Source: Alphaproteobacteria bacterium (lineage in GTDB: Bacteria; Pseudomonadota; Alphaproteobacteria; UBA6615). Taken from it: 64,000 nt of DNA. Positions 18,928 to 29,228 of this stretch are shown here, one piece after another. The position numbers and the translations under genes were made by a program. Below the pieces are notes generated by a model. It was not told the DNA's origin. It worked only from the letters and a program-made list of their open reading frames with translations, and searched no databases. Within the stretch, counting starts at the first letter, position 1. Each line of letters opens with the position of its first letter. The stretch spans positions 1,734,297-1,798,296 of the forward strand of contig CBDFKJ010000009.1 in the NCBI GenBank assembly GCA_965248805.1. The letters run 5' to 3'.

Positions 18928-19787
18928 GGTACCTCTTTCCCGCCGGCGCGCTGATCGCGGCAACCGGCATTTTCGTTTGTGTGCGCGCCCTCGGCCGTCA
19001 ACTCCGGCGCCTCGATGACGCGAGGGTCGCGGCGGAAGCGGGTAGTCGTGCCAAGTCGCAGTTCCTCGCCGCTACAAGTCATGAACTGCGCACGCCGTTA
19101 AACTCGATCGTCGGCTTCTCGGAAATCTTGGCCAACGAACGTCTTGGACCGATCGGCAGCGCGAAGTACCTCGAGTATGTAAGGTACATTAATGAGTCGG
19201 GATCGCACTTGTTGTCACTGGTCAACGGCATCCTTGACCTTGCGCGGATTGAGGCAGGGCACGATCCGCTCGAAGACGAGACGCTCGATATCCGCCACAT
19301 TGTCGATTTCGTTGTAATGATGGTGCGCGGGCGCGCCGAGGAAGGTGGTGTCGAGCTGGAACTGGACGTTGCGGACACCCTGCCCTTGCTGCGTGCCGAT
19401 CAGCGGCGGCTGACGCAAATCTTTCTGAACCTGATGACGAATGCGATCAAGTTCACCAAGCCGGGCGGCAAGGTGACGTTAAGGGCACGGTGCGATGCGA
19501 AAACCGGCCACTTGTTTGAGGTTATCGACACCGGCATTGGGATTGCCGAGGCCGACATTCCCAGGGCGCTTTCGCAGTTTGGTCGAATCGATAGCGATCC
19601 CGAGCACAAGTATGAGGGTACGGGCATCGGTTTGACGCTGACCATGTCTCTCGTCGAATCGCACGGGGGCTCACTCGATCTGCGCAGTGAGTTGGGTCTC
19701 GGCACCGCCGTCACCGTACGGTTTCCCGCGACGCGGATCGAGATGCGCGCGGAACACGCGACGACCCCGATGGGCAAGGTCGCCTGA
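18928..19787 (+). pseudogene. sensor histidine kinase, 3' fragment (last TM helix + HisKA + HATPase_c); sensing N-terminus lost to IS1595
   Basis: H-box ATSHELRTPLNSI, N-box LNLMTNAIKFT, G1 DTGIGI, G2 GTGIGL. Coding sequence starts immediately at the IS end. Confidence 0.75.
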
Positions 19788-19795
19788 GCGCAGCG

Positions 19796-21175
19796 TTATT
19801 CCAACGGCGTCAGATCGCCCAGCATTGTCGGTATCAACTCTGCGACGGTCGGGTGTATGTGCACGGCGCGCTGGATCACGGTGTAGGGGGCGTCGGCGTA
19901 CATCAGGTCAAGCACGGAGTGGACAACCTCGTCGCCGCCGATCCCGAGAATGGCCGCCCCGAGGACCTTCTTTGTCTCGGCGTCGACCAGGATCTTCATG
20001 AACCCATGGGTCTCGCCACGTTCGCGCGCGCGCCCGACGCGTGACATCATCATCTTGCCGATCAGCGCTTTGCGTCCCGACTCGCGGGCTTCTCGCTCGG
20101 TCATGCCCACGCGACCCAACGGCGGGTCGATAAACAGCCCGTACGTCGTGATGCGGTCGCTCACGCGGCGGGCATCGTCGTCGAACATGTTGGCGGCGAG
20201 AATCTCGAAATCGTTGTAGGAGGTGTGGGTGAATGCGCCTAGGCCGTTGACATCGCCTATGGCCCAAATCCCCGGCACGTTGGATCGCAACTGGTCGTCG
20301 ACCAATACAAACCCCCGTGGATCGGTCTCGACGCCGGCCGTGTCCAGGCCCAGGTCATTGGTATTGGGACGGCGGCCGACCGCCAACAGCACGTGACTGC
20401 CGACAACTTCTTCGGCGGCTGGCTCACACTCGACCGTGACCGCGATCCTGTCTCCGCGCTTTTGCAAAGCCACACATTGCGCCGTGAGGCGAATTTCGAC
20501 GCCCTCGTTCTCCAGTATCCGCTTGACTTCGGCGGAGACGTCTTCATCGTCGCGCGCGATCAGCCGGTCGCCCATTTCCACGACGGTGACTTTGCTGCCG
20601 AAGCGGCGGTACATCTGGGCAAACTCCAACCCGATGTAACTTCCGCCGATGATGATCAGGTAGTCCGGAATGAAGTCCACGTCCATCATGCCGGAGTTCG
20701 TGAGGTAGTCGACATCGCGTGACCCGGGGATGTCGGGTATGTGCGCGCGGGCGCCCACATTGAGGATGATCCTGTCAGCCTCCAGCCGTTCGCCGTTCAC
20801 CTGGACCGCGGAAGCGCTCTCCAGCCGGCCGTGTCCCTCATAGACGGTCAGGTTTTCCATGGTTTTGAGCCAGTTCGTCACGCCGTCGTTGGACTGCCGC
20901 ACGACGGCGTCCTTGCGCGCCTTGACTTTCTTCATGTCGACGGCGATCGCACCATCGATGGCCACACCGAATTCGGCGCCTCGTCGCGCCATGTGCGCCG
21001 CCCTCGCGCTCGCCACCAGCGTCTTGGTCGGGATGCAGCCGACGTTTACACAGGTGCCGCCGAAGAGCTTCCGTTCGATGATGGCCGTCTTCATCCCTTC
21101 CCGGGTCATTCGCGCGGCAAGCGACGGTCCGGATTGGCCGGTTCCGATAATGATCGCGTCGAACTTCCTCGCCAT
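19796..21175 (-). CDS. class I pyridine nucleotide-disulfide oxidoreductase (FAD; Lpd/MerA-like, but no HMA domain or C-terminal Cys pair)
   Basis: FAD fold AIIIGTGQSG, redox-active disulfide GGTCVNVGCIPTK, NAD fold LIIIGGSYIGLE, C-terminal interface His-Pro (HIHPTVAE). 459 aa. Confidence 0.8.
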   Translation of the reverse strand: MARKFDAIIIGTGQSGPSLAARMTREGMKTAIIERKLFGGTCVNVGCIPTKTLVASARAAHMARRGAEFGVAIDGAIAVDMKKVKARKDAVVRQSNDGVTNWLKTMENLTVYEGHGRLESASAVQVNGERLEADRIILNVGARAHIPDIPGSRDVDYLTNSGMMDVDFIPDYLIIIGGSYIGLEFAQMYRRFGSKVTVVEMGDRLIARDDEDVSAEVKRILENEGVEIRLTAQCVALQKRGDRIAVTVECEPAAEEVVGSHVLLAVGRRPNTNDLGLDTAGVETDPRGFVLVDDQLRSNVPGIWAIGDVNGLGAFTHTSYNDFEILAANMFDDDARRVSDRITTYGLFIDPPLGRVGMTEREARESGRKALIGKMMMSRVGRARERGETHGFMKILVDAETKKVLGAAILGIGGDEVVHSVLDLMYADAPYTVIQRAVHIHPTVAELIPTMLGDLTPLE

Positions 21176-21498
21176 TGCGTGCTCTCCGTTTGCAGCCGTC
21201 CCGCGCTCAAAGTCGAATCAGCCTAGTGACACTCGTGGATAGATTGGAGGTGAATCTGCCCGTGCGGATCGTGACTGAGATCTGCACCACGAGCATCTGG
21301 CCCGGGATTGACGATTCCCCGCCGAAGCCTACCGTCAGCAAGCGTTTACCAGCGGCTCACTCTGCAATTGTTGGTGAGGCAACCTATCCTCGTCGCCGCG
21401 CCGGGCAGATTGATCACGTATGACGCTCGATTGTCGGTGACAGACGATGAACCAGTGCGCGAAGCACGAGTTGACCACAGCGGCAGAGGGAGGAATTC

Positions 21499-22623
21499 AT
21501 GAGCAATCATCGGTTCGCGTTGAAGCGTGTGGTGTTCGGGGCGATGCTCGGCGCCGTCTGCACGATTGGTGCACCATCGGCGGGAGCTAGTGAAAACGAG
21601 CTTCCGAAGCCCGCGTTCAACGCAGACGGTGAGCTTCTTCGCCCCGACTTCCGTTTCCGAGAGTGGGTTTATGTGGGCACCCCGTTTACGCCTAACGAGC
21701 TGAATCCCCCGGAAGCGCCATTCCCAGAGTTTCACAATGTCTACATCCACCCAAACGATTTCGATCATTGGAAGAATACGGGGACGTTCCCCGACGGAAC
21801 CGTCATCGCAAAAGAGCTCGTTCTGGTCGGTTCGAAGCAGGCCGTGAGCGGCAACGGCTACTTCATGGGCGAATTCACTGGGCTCGAGATCGCGATTAAA
21901 GACTCCACGCGTTTCCCGGAAGACCCCGGCTACTGGGCGTATTTCAGCTTCGGACACACCTATCCCCTTGCCGACGCTGCTGAGAAATTCCCGGCAGAAG
22001 CGTGCAACTTCTGTCACTTACAAAGTGCGGCGGACGATTTCGTGTTCACTCAGTACTATCCAGTATTGCGGGCGGCGAAGGCATCGAGGAGCGGCCACGT
22101 CATGACCCGCGAGTCCGAGGACTTTGAGAACCTAGCCAACACGATGATCAACGCAACAACCGCCGCGTTCCTGCCAACTGCGGACACACCTGCCGTTGAA
22201 AGCGCGATCCCTGCAGACGTGGCGGAGCTATTCGGATACCTGCAGGGCGGCGCGTACAGAGAATTCGCAGCCAAGGAATCAGCCAGGCATCCCTCCGCCG
22301 GGCCGCACACGGAAGTCGGCCTGCCGGTCCGGGTATTCATGGACGCCAAGATGGAGGCGTCGCTTCAGGCGGGCAATTCTTCGCACCCAACCGGGTCGGG
22401 GTTTGTCAAGGAGATGTACGATGCCGACGACCGACTCCAGGGCTGGGCGGTCATGGTGAAAACGGCCGCCGATAGCAGCGGGGGCAAGGGTTGGTTTTGG
22501 TATGAAGTCACGAGCACGACCGACGGCTCGAGCCCCGTCGCCGCTGGCAACGGAGTTCCTCTCTGTTTCGGATGCCATGCTTTCGGAACGGATTTCGTGC
22601 TCACGGAATTCCCACTCAGGTGA
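21499..22623 (+). CDS. secreted tandem cytochrome P460/c'-beta-like dihaem protein
   Basis: Signal peptide, then two roughly 170-aa halves each ending in a CxxCH (CNFCH, then CFGCH). The second half has a P460-like GWAVMVKT...GKGWFWYEV core. Confidence 0.6.
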   Translation: MSNHRFALKRVVFGAMLGAVCTIGAPSAGASENELPKPAFNADGELLRPDFRFREWVYVGTPFTPNELNPPEAPFPEFHNVYIHPNDFDHWKNTGTFPDGTVIAKELVLVGSKQAVSGNGYFMGEFTGLEIAIKDSTRFPEDPGYWAYFSFGHTYPLADAAEKFPAEACNFCHLQSAADDFVFTQYYPVLRAAKASRSGHVMTRESEDFENLANTMINATTAAFLPTADTPAVESAIPADVAELFGYLQGGAYREFAAKESARHPSAGPHTEVGLPVRVFMDAKMEASLQAGNSSHPTGSGFVKEMYDADDRLQGWAVMVKTAADSSGGKGWFWYEVTSTTDGSSPVAAGNGVPLCFGCHAFGTDFVLTEFPLR

Positions 22624-22801
22624 GGCTGCAAACGCATCTCTTCGAACTCTGCCTCGCGGGCGCGACTGCGCGACTTGCCCGGGATTTCAGCCGCTTGCTA
22701 GTCGACCAAGCGCAGGACCATGCCTCCCTCGGCGCCAATTTGCGGCTCGCCGCAGCCGGTCACGTTGGGATCCTGTCCCACAGTGATGTTTTCATTTGCC
22801 A

Positions 22802-23917
22802 TCAGAGTCGCTCCGAACGCCTGCACGTCCTGACCGATACTGGCGTTGTCGCCGGCGATGGCATACGGGCCGTCAGCACCGCGTCCTGACCGAGGCTGAT
22901 GTTGTTCTCGGCAATTATGCCGATGCTCCCGCCTGCGCAGTCTCCGTTCGAGTTGGTGATCGCGCCGTCCTGGCCCCAACTGATGCTGCCGCGCGCGGCG
23001 ATGATGACATCGCTCGTCGAGTAGTCCTGGTCAATGCTGATACTGTCATTGACGATATACGCAGAATTGGACAAGAGAGCGTCGGGCAGCGAGGACACTG
23101 TGTAGACATTGTACCAATGGGGTTCGCCGTCCAGTCCGATCCCCGCTGCGACATCATCAATCATTGCCGCCACATCAAGCGGTTCGGATAGCTCATCCTC
23201 CTCGTAATGCAGTGCATTAGGGGGGACTTGCGAGTCCTGGCCAAATTCGATTGGGTCGTCGCTCTCGGGCGACATAGTGCCGACGGACGAACCTGGATCC
23301 AGGACGGCGTCCTGGCCGAAATCGACGCCGAGCCGGCCGCAAACACAGACGCCGTCTGCCAGGTGCGTGTCTTGCCCGAACGTCAGTTGATTGCCTGCCA
23401 TGATCGCAACGCTTGAACCTTCACAAAAGCCGGCCGCGCTCGGCTTGCCGATTGCGATGGCTGCGGTTGTGATCTGAAAGTTCCGGACACCCAAGATGCC
23501 GGCGAGAAACGGCTCGAATGCATTCCCGCCGGCGGTGGAGCGACGGGTGACAACACGAACGGCGTTGCGCGGATTGCCATCAGTCGTGAACACACGTACG
23601 GCACCGTCCCAATTGCCGGTCTCGATGTCGGCGGCCGCGAGCACGTCGCCGTAGGCGCCAGTGGGCATGTTCTTAGTCGCGAAGTCGAGCGCCGCGGCCT
23701 GCGCGGGCGCGACATTCGGCAGTTCCGCGGCAGCCGCCAGGGCGGCGGCGTCGGCGGTCACCTGCAACCGCGCACGGTTGCTGTATAGGTAGCCGACGTC
23801 GAGCACGAGCGCTCCAAACGCCATCATCACGGAAATGTTTACGGCGAAGACCACCGCCATCGCGCCATCGCGGCGGTGCAATACGTCTCGGATGAATTGG
23901 CCACTGCCTGTCGGCAT
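22802..23917 (-). CDS. TadG/TadE-like Flp-pilus assembly family protein with a C-terminal G-Q-D repeat region; possible frameshift near 22900-22980
   Basis: N-terminal Tad-like domain (AVVFAVNISVMMAFGALVLDVGYLYSNRARLQ.AADAAALAAA). The C-terminal half has many x-F/L-G-Q-D repeats. The overlapping frame at 22698..22979 continues the same repeat. Confidence 0.6.
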   Translation of the reverse strand: MPTGSGQFIRDVLHRRDGAMAVVFAVNISVMMAFGALVLDVGYLYSNRARLQVTADAAALAAAAELPNVAPAQAAALDFATKNMPTGAYGDVLAAADIETGNWDGAVRVFTTDGNPRNAVRVVTRRSTAGGNAFEPFLAGILGVRNFQITTAAIAIGKPSAAGFCEGSSVAIMAGNQLTFGQDTHLADGVCVCGRLGVDFGQDAVLDPGSSVGTMSPESDDPIEFGQDSQVPPNALHYEEDELSEPLDVAAMIDDVAAGIGLDGEPHWYNVYTVSSLPDALLSNSAYIVNDSISIDQDYSTSDVIIAARGSISWGQDGAITNSNGDCAGGSIGIIAENNISLGQDAVLTARMPSPATTPVSVRTCRRSERL

Positions 23918-24211
23918 GGAATCTGCGGCGGCGCCTCCCTGTCATCCGGGTATGAGTCTGTGTCTAGCCCTCCGCGCGGAACGTTGCGACGGCCATCAGA
24001 TTGCCGCTCAGGAACACGCCGGACACGCCCGTTAGGGCGGCATCGGCCAGCGGCACCGTGATCTGTACGCGAGCATCCTCGTCATTCGGCGCCGGCTGCG
24101 TGCCGGGCCCGTCCACGCTCACGGTGAACGACAGCGGCCAACTGGCGACAACGGTCAGGTCGGCCACCGCCATCTGGCGCGCAGCCTCGCGCGCGGCGTT
24201 CAGCATGCTAG

Positions 24212-25044
24212 GCTCCGGACCCATAAATCGCTTGAGCCGACGCGGCGCGATGTGATTCACGCTCCCAAACTGCGGGAGTGTTGCGATGGACGATACGTTC
24301 TGGCTGAGCGAGGAACAGTTTGCGCGGCTCGTGCCGCATCTGCCGACGGATACGCGCGGCAAGCCGAGAGTCGACGACCGCCGCGTTATAAGCGGTATCA
24401 TCCATGTGTTGAAGTCCGGCGGACGTTGGGTCGATGCGCCGTCCGTCTATGGCCCGCGCAAGACGCTCTACAATCGCTTCGTGCGGTGGGCGGCCAAAGG
24501 CGTGTGGACAGGGATATTCCACGCTCTGGCTTCGGCGGGTGGGCCGCCGGCGCAAGTGTTGATCGATTCCTCGGCGGTGAAGGCTCATCGCTGCGCCTCG
24601 GGCGGCAAAGGGGGGAGCACACGCAGGCCATTGGCCGCTCCCGCGGCGGGCGCACCACGAAGATCCATGCGCTGACCGATGGCCTCTGCCGCCCGTTCGC
24701 CTTCCTGCTGACCGGCGGCCAAGTGGCGGACTGCACAGCGGCCGCTGCTGGAGCGGATGCCGGCCACCTCGATCCTGACTGGCGACAAGGGCTATGACAG
24801 CGACGCCGTTCGCCGCAAGATCGAGAGCAGAGGCGTCGCTCCGAACATCCCGCCGAAGGCCAACCGCCGCTGGAAGCCGTGCTTCAGCCCGGCGCTCTAT
24901 CGCGACCGCAACGCCATCGAGCGCATGTTCGGCCGGCTGAAAGACTTCCGCAGAATCGCAACCCGCTATGACCGCCTCGCCCAAAACTTCCTCGCCGCCG
25001 TCTGTCTCGCCGCTACCGTCAGCTACTGGTTATGGGTCCGGACC
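24212..25044 (+). mobile_element. IS5-family IS427-group IS (833 bp) with 4-bp TSD CTAG
   Basis: Inverted repeats g[g/c]tccggacccataa at both ends. CTAG at 24208-11 and 25045-48. Confidence 0.8.
24286..24675 (+). CDS. IS427-group transposase OrfA
   Basis: MDDTFWLSEEQFARLVPHLP... N-terminus typical of IS427/ISL2-type OrfA. OrfB continues after a -1 shift. Confidence 0.75.
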   Translation: MDDTFWLSEEQFARLVPHLPTDTRGKPRVDDRRVISGIIHVLKSGGRWVDAPSVYGPRKTLYNRFVRWAAKGVWTGIFHALASAGGPPAQVLIDSSAVKAHRCASGGKGGSTRRPLAAPAAGAPRRSMR

Positions 25045-25053
25045 CTAGTGTGA
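24757..25053 (+). CDS. IS427-group transposase OrfB, C-terminal DDE part (its 5' part is in the overlapping frame 24252..24797)
   Basis: LTGDKGYDSD...NAIERMFGRLKDFRRIATRYDRLAQNF is a DDE_Tnp_1 C-terminus. Confidence 0.75.
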   Translation: MPATSILTGDKGYDSDAVRRKIESRGVAPNIPPKANRRWKPCFSPALYRDRNAIERMFGRLKDFRRIATRYDRLAQNFLAAVCLAATVSYWLWVRTLV

Positions 25054-25342
25054 AGGTATAGGACGGAGCCGAAGTCGATTATGCCGAAGAACAGCGCAAT
25101 CTGTATGGGCAGAAGGAGTGCGAACTCCAACGCCGCGCCGCCGCGCTGACAGAAAACAAAGCCCCGGCATGGCGGCCGGCAACGGCGCCACAATTTCTTC
25201 ATACGGCCACGCACGATTTACCTACTAATACTTGCGCTGCATATTTTGCCAAAGAAATTCGGAATTTACTAAAGCATTTATAAGTAATAAATTTGTTAGA
25301 AATCGAATAAATGCGTATTTTTACAAAATATGCGCAAACCTA

Positions 25343-26483
25343 GTGGATTGATTCCAACGTTTGGAACCCTCGGTTTCGGGCTGCGATGATGTCGTCGGGG
25401 TCGGCTTTCCATATGAATGGCTGTGGGTTGGCCGCATTGTATTCGCGGACGAAGCGGTTGATTGCGGCCTGGAGATCGACGACGGAATGGAAGACGCCGT
25501 GCTTGAGCCGCCGCCGGGTGAGTTTTGCGAAGAAGCCCTCGACGGCATTGAGCCACGAGCAGGAGGTCGGTGTGAAGTGGAAAGTCCAGCGCGGATGGCG
25601 GGCGAGCCAGGCGCGGACCTTGTCCTTGTTGTGCGCCGCGTAGTTGTCGACGATCGCGTGGATGGCCTTGTCCGCCGGCACCGTGCGCTCGATGCGGTTG
25701 AGGAAGCGGATGAACTCCTGATGGCGGTGGCGCTGCATGTTCTGGCCGATCACCGTTCCGTCCAGAACGTTGAGCGCCGCAAACAGCGTGGTCGTGCCGT
25801 GCCGTTTGTAGTCATGGGTCATGGTGCCGGCGCGTCCCTTCTTCATCGGCAGACCGGCGGTCGAGCGCCTGGATCTGTGACTTCTCATCGATCGACAACA
25901 CCACCGCATGGGCCGGCGGGTCGACATACAGGCCGACGATATCGGTGAGTTTCTCGGCGAAGGCAGGGTCGGTCGACAGCTTGAAGTTGCGCCAGCGGTG
26001 CGGGCTGAGACCGTGAGCCTTCCAGATCGCCTGCACCGTCGAGGCGGCAATACCGGCCGCCCTGGCCATCGCGCGCAACGTCCAGTGGGTCGCCTCAAAC
26101 GGCGGCGGTTGCTGCGTCAGGCGCACGATCTCGGCGACACGATCGAGCGGGACCGGCGCCTTGCCGGGCGGACGGGACTTGTCGCGAAGCAGGCCGCCGA
26201 CACCCTCGTGCATGAACCGCTCTTGCCAGCGCCACACGCAGGTCTTGGACTTGCCGGTCTCGGTCATGATCGCCGAGGTGCCCAGACCCTCGCCGCTGAG
26301 AAGGACAATATGTGCCCGCCAGACGTGTTTCTGCGGGCTCTTGGGATCCGCGACGACCGCGCGCAATCGCTGACGGTCGCCGGCGGATAGGGTGAAGGAG
26401 ATTCCACTGCGCATGCGCCAGATTCGCATAACACAGCAAAATACGGAATCCCAATTCGGACTCTTTCATTCCGATCAATCCAC
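25343..26483 (-). mobile_element. IS630-family IS copy 2 (CTAG target, TA duplication) in the AT-rich region upstream of the TadE-like gene
   Basis: Same termini as copy 1, with orfA 25812..26429 and orfB 25340..26098. Differs from copy 1 at a few codons, identical to copy 3. Confidence 0.85.
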
Positions 26484-26553
26484 TAGAGGTAACAGGATGC
26501 CAGTGCGCAAGGCTGCAATAAGTCGGTAGCCCCGTCTCGGCCGGCGACATGGA

Positions 26554-27876
26554 CTACGAATTGCTCACCGACTTCGAATGTCCGATGGACGACACGATCA
26601 ATGTAACGGCGGCAATGACCCCGGCGGATGCCATGAAAACCCACGGCCCGATCCACGTGTAGAGCAGCCCGCCGCTGATCAGGCCGACGATGCTGGCCGC
26701 CGCCCCGGAGCTGCTGGCGAAACCCTGCACCGCGCCTTGATAGCGATCGCCGGCCCGTTTGGAGAGCAAGGCCATGAACGTCGGCCACATCAGCCCGTTG
26801 CCGACGGCGATCAAGGCCGCGCTGCCGTAGATCATCACTACATGGCCGCTCAGCAGAAACGCAAAGCCACCGCTCAAGATGAGACAACCACCGGTCAGGA
26901 GGACTGAGTCCGGGACCACCTTCGACAGGCGCGCAAGGACGGGTCCTTGGATGAGAACCATCAACAGGCTGAGCACCGCGAAGAATATGCCGGTGTCGGT
27001 AACGGCCCAATCGAGGCCGGTCGCCGCATGGGCTGGAAACGCGATGTAGAAGAAACTGAACCCCAGCATGACGAGGAAGTTCACGGCGAGCAGGGTCGGC
27101 AACTTCGGCAGCCTGAGAATGTCTGCGGTCGAAATTTCGTCGCGGCCATAGATCTGAAAGCACTCCTTGGTCTCCTGACCGAACACCTTGCATGCGTTGG
27201 GGTCTTCGGGGTTCGCGGTCAGGGCATGAGGGTTTGTCTCCTTGAGCCCGAACCCGATCAGCAGGCTCGCAACGAGGGATATCAATAGTGCCGCGGTGAC
27301 CGGCAAAACCTCGCCGTACACGGTCGCACCGAGCAGCCCGGCGAGGGCAGGGCCGGCGACAAACCCCAGATTTGTCGATACCGCCATGCGGCCAAAGTTC
27401 TCGGTGCGATGCGCATCATCGGTGATGTCGGCGAGATACGCGTTTGCGACCGATACGTTGCCGCCGGTGAGCCCGTCGGCAGCGCGCGCCAGGAACAACA
27501 CCAACAGCGGCAGCGTGACCGCGAACTGTCCCAACACCGCCGAGTCAATTTCGAGTAGCGCATCGGTGGGAAGCAGGAACGCCGTGAGGAAGATCACCCA
27601 CGACAGCAGCGTGCCGAGCTGGCTCAGGAGCAGAACCTTGCGACGGCCGATGTTATCCGACCACCTGCCGAGAATAGGAGCGCCGATGAGTTGAAAGAAC
27701 GAATAGGTCGACGCCAGCACGCCGTAGACGATCGCGTTGCCGCCCCACTTCGCGACCAAAAACACCATGAAGGGCACGACGATGCTAAAGCCGAGTGTGC
27801 CGACCAGATTGACCGACAGGATCGGGACGATGGATGCTTGGGTCGTGGCGCGCGATTGTGCGGGGCCGGTATTCAT
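26554..27876 (-). CDS. MFS transporter (12-TMS drug:H+ antiporter-like)
   Basis: 440 aa, MFS motif A-like GRWSDNIGRRKVLL, 12 predicted helices. Confidence 0.85.
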   Translation of the reverse strand: MNTGPAQSRATTQASIVPILSVNLVGTLGFSIVVPFMVFLVAKWGGNAIVYGVLASTYSFFQLIGAPILGRWSDNIGRRKVLLLSQLGTLLSWVIFLTAFLLPTDALLEIDSAVLGQFAVTLPLLVLFLARAADGLTGGNVSVANAYLADITDDAHRTENFGRMAVSTNLGFVAGPALAGLLGATVYGEVLPVTAALLISLVASLLIGFGLKETNPHALTANPEDPNACKVFGQETKECFQIYGRDEISTADILRLPKLPTLLAVNFLVMLGFSFFYIAFPAHAATGLDWAVTDTGIFFAVLSLLMVLIQGPVLARLSKVVPDSVLLTGGCLILSGGFAFLLSGHVVMIYGSAALIAVGNGLMWPTFMALLSKRAGDRYQGAVQGFASSSGAAASIVGLISGGLLYTWIGPWVFMASAGVIAAVTLIVSSIGHSKSVSNS

Positions 27877-27962
27877 TCGCCGTCGCTCTAAATTTTCCGC
27901 CGAGCACCGTGGCAGAAATGCGTCTCGTTACAACCCTATCCCACAGCTTCGCCGCGAGGTTG

Positions 27963-29051
27963 CTATGCCGGGACTGACGCGCTTGCGATCCGTCGGGGTG
28001 ACGTGGTCGCCGTCGTGCGGCCTTCGTGCGTGCGCTCAGACCAGCCCGCAGCACGGGTCGGGCAATTGGCCGGCCACTCGCGGCCGGCCGCCAAGGCCGT
28101 CCCGAGCGGCGTGAGCATGCCTTGCCGTTCCGGTACCGGGGCTTCGAGGTAGACCGCACCCAGCGGCCGCGTGCCAACCGGCAGCATCGCCACAACCTCG
28201 AACTCCGGCACGGCCACCACCGCCACGGCGTCGCGGCCGGGCAGGGGCACGAACAGGCGGTCGCCCTGCGGCGTGAACGTGGCGGCAATGGGGTTCGCGT
28301 TTTCGGGCAGCGCGACGCGGCCCTGTATTGCGAGCGCGTCCAGGTCGATGACCGTCACATCGGACGAGCCGCGGCAGATGACCAGGCCGAAGCGACCGTC
28401 CGGAGTGATCTCGCTCGTCAGCGGGTTCGTGCCCAGGCCATCGTCCTGTGCAAAGCGTACCGCCTCGCGCGGACTGTTCGGATCACGCACGTCAATGATT
28501 GATTCGCTTCCCGCGCCGCGGGCGTTTTCGACCAGAAGGTAGTCGCCACGGGGCGAAACCGTCGCCATGAAGGGCTCGAGCGGTTCTTCGCCCCGGCGCT
28601 CGATCGCGAGGGTCGCGACTTTCGCCAGCGGGTCCACGCTAAAGACGCTGACGGTCTCGCCCAAACGGTCGGGCGTGAAGGCGTAGCTGCCGTCGGCCAG
28701 CAGGTGTCGGCCGTCCGGCGTCAACTCCGTGTAGTTCTGCCGGGACTCAATGGCCACCGCCGCCACCTCGGCGCCGGTGGCGAGGCTTATGCCGGCGATC
28801 TTCTGCGGCACGCCGCCCCAAATGATGTCGCGTGCCGATGCCCATCGGGTCGCCAGGAACGCGAACGAGGCGGACGCAGAAAGCGTGCGCAAGACCTCGA
28901 GGGTGTCGGGGTTGATCAGCGTCATGCTCGGTGGGACATCCTCGCTGCCGCCGTTGGACACGACGATCAAGCGATCCGCACCGGCCTGGGCGAAAGTCGC
29001 GCTGATCCGGCTCAGCGCCGCCGCGCCAACCCCGGCCCCCATCCACTGCAT
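27963..29051 (-). CDS. YVTN/lactonase-like beta-propeller repeat protein with N-terminal signal; C-terminal tail unreliable
   Basis: Repeated D-G-x-x-x-x-V blades (TPDGRHLLADG, SPRGDYLLVENA, TPDGRFGLVICRG, TPQGDRLFVPLPG). The last 50 codons or so are low-complexity. Confidence 0.6.
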   Translation of the reverse strand: MQWMGAGVGAAALSRISATFAQAGADRLIVVSNGGSEDVPPSMTLINPDTLEVLRTLSASASFAFLATRWASARDIIWGGVPQKIAGISLATGAEVAAVAIESRQNYTELTPDGRHLLADGSYAFTPDRLGETVSVFSVDPLAKVATLAIERRGEEPLEPFMATVSPRGDYLLVENARGAGSESIIDVRDPNSPREAVRFAQDDGLGTNPLTSEITPDGRFGLVICRGSSDVTVIDLDALAIQGRVALPENANPIAATFTPQGDRLFVPLPGRDAVAVVAVPEFEVVAMLPVGTRPLGAVYLEAPVPERQGMLTPLGTALAAGREWPANCPTRAAGWSERTHEGRTTATTSPRRIASASVPA

Positions 29052-29228
29052 GAAGTCTCTACGCCTGCACTATAGCATGAAGGTGCCGCCAGTCGACCCG
29101 ACGCCATGCCGACAGCCGTCTGCCTGCCCGCAGCGACACGGAGAATGCGCACTATTTAGCCGCGTTCTTCTATCGCAACCTCCTGGACTGAGGGCACCAC
29201 GCGGGGCGTGAGCGGCCGTTGGCCGCGG

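Larger units (their letters stand above)
23964..25214 (-). pseudogene. TadE-like protein gene split by an IS427-group insertion (N part 25049-25214, C part 23964-24211)
   Basis: N-terminal piece GGAALEFALLLPIQIALFFGIIDFGSV is a TadE signature. The C-terminal piece starts right at the IS/TSD junction (SMLNAAREAARQ...). Confidence 0.65.
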
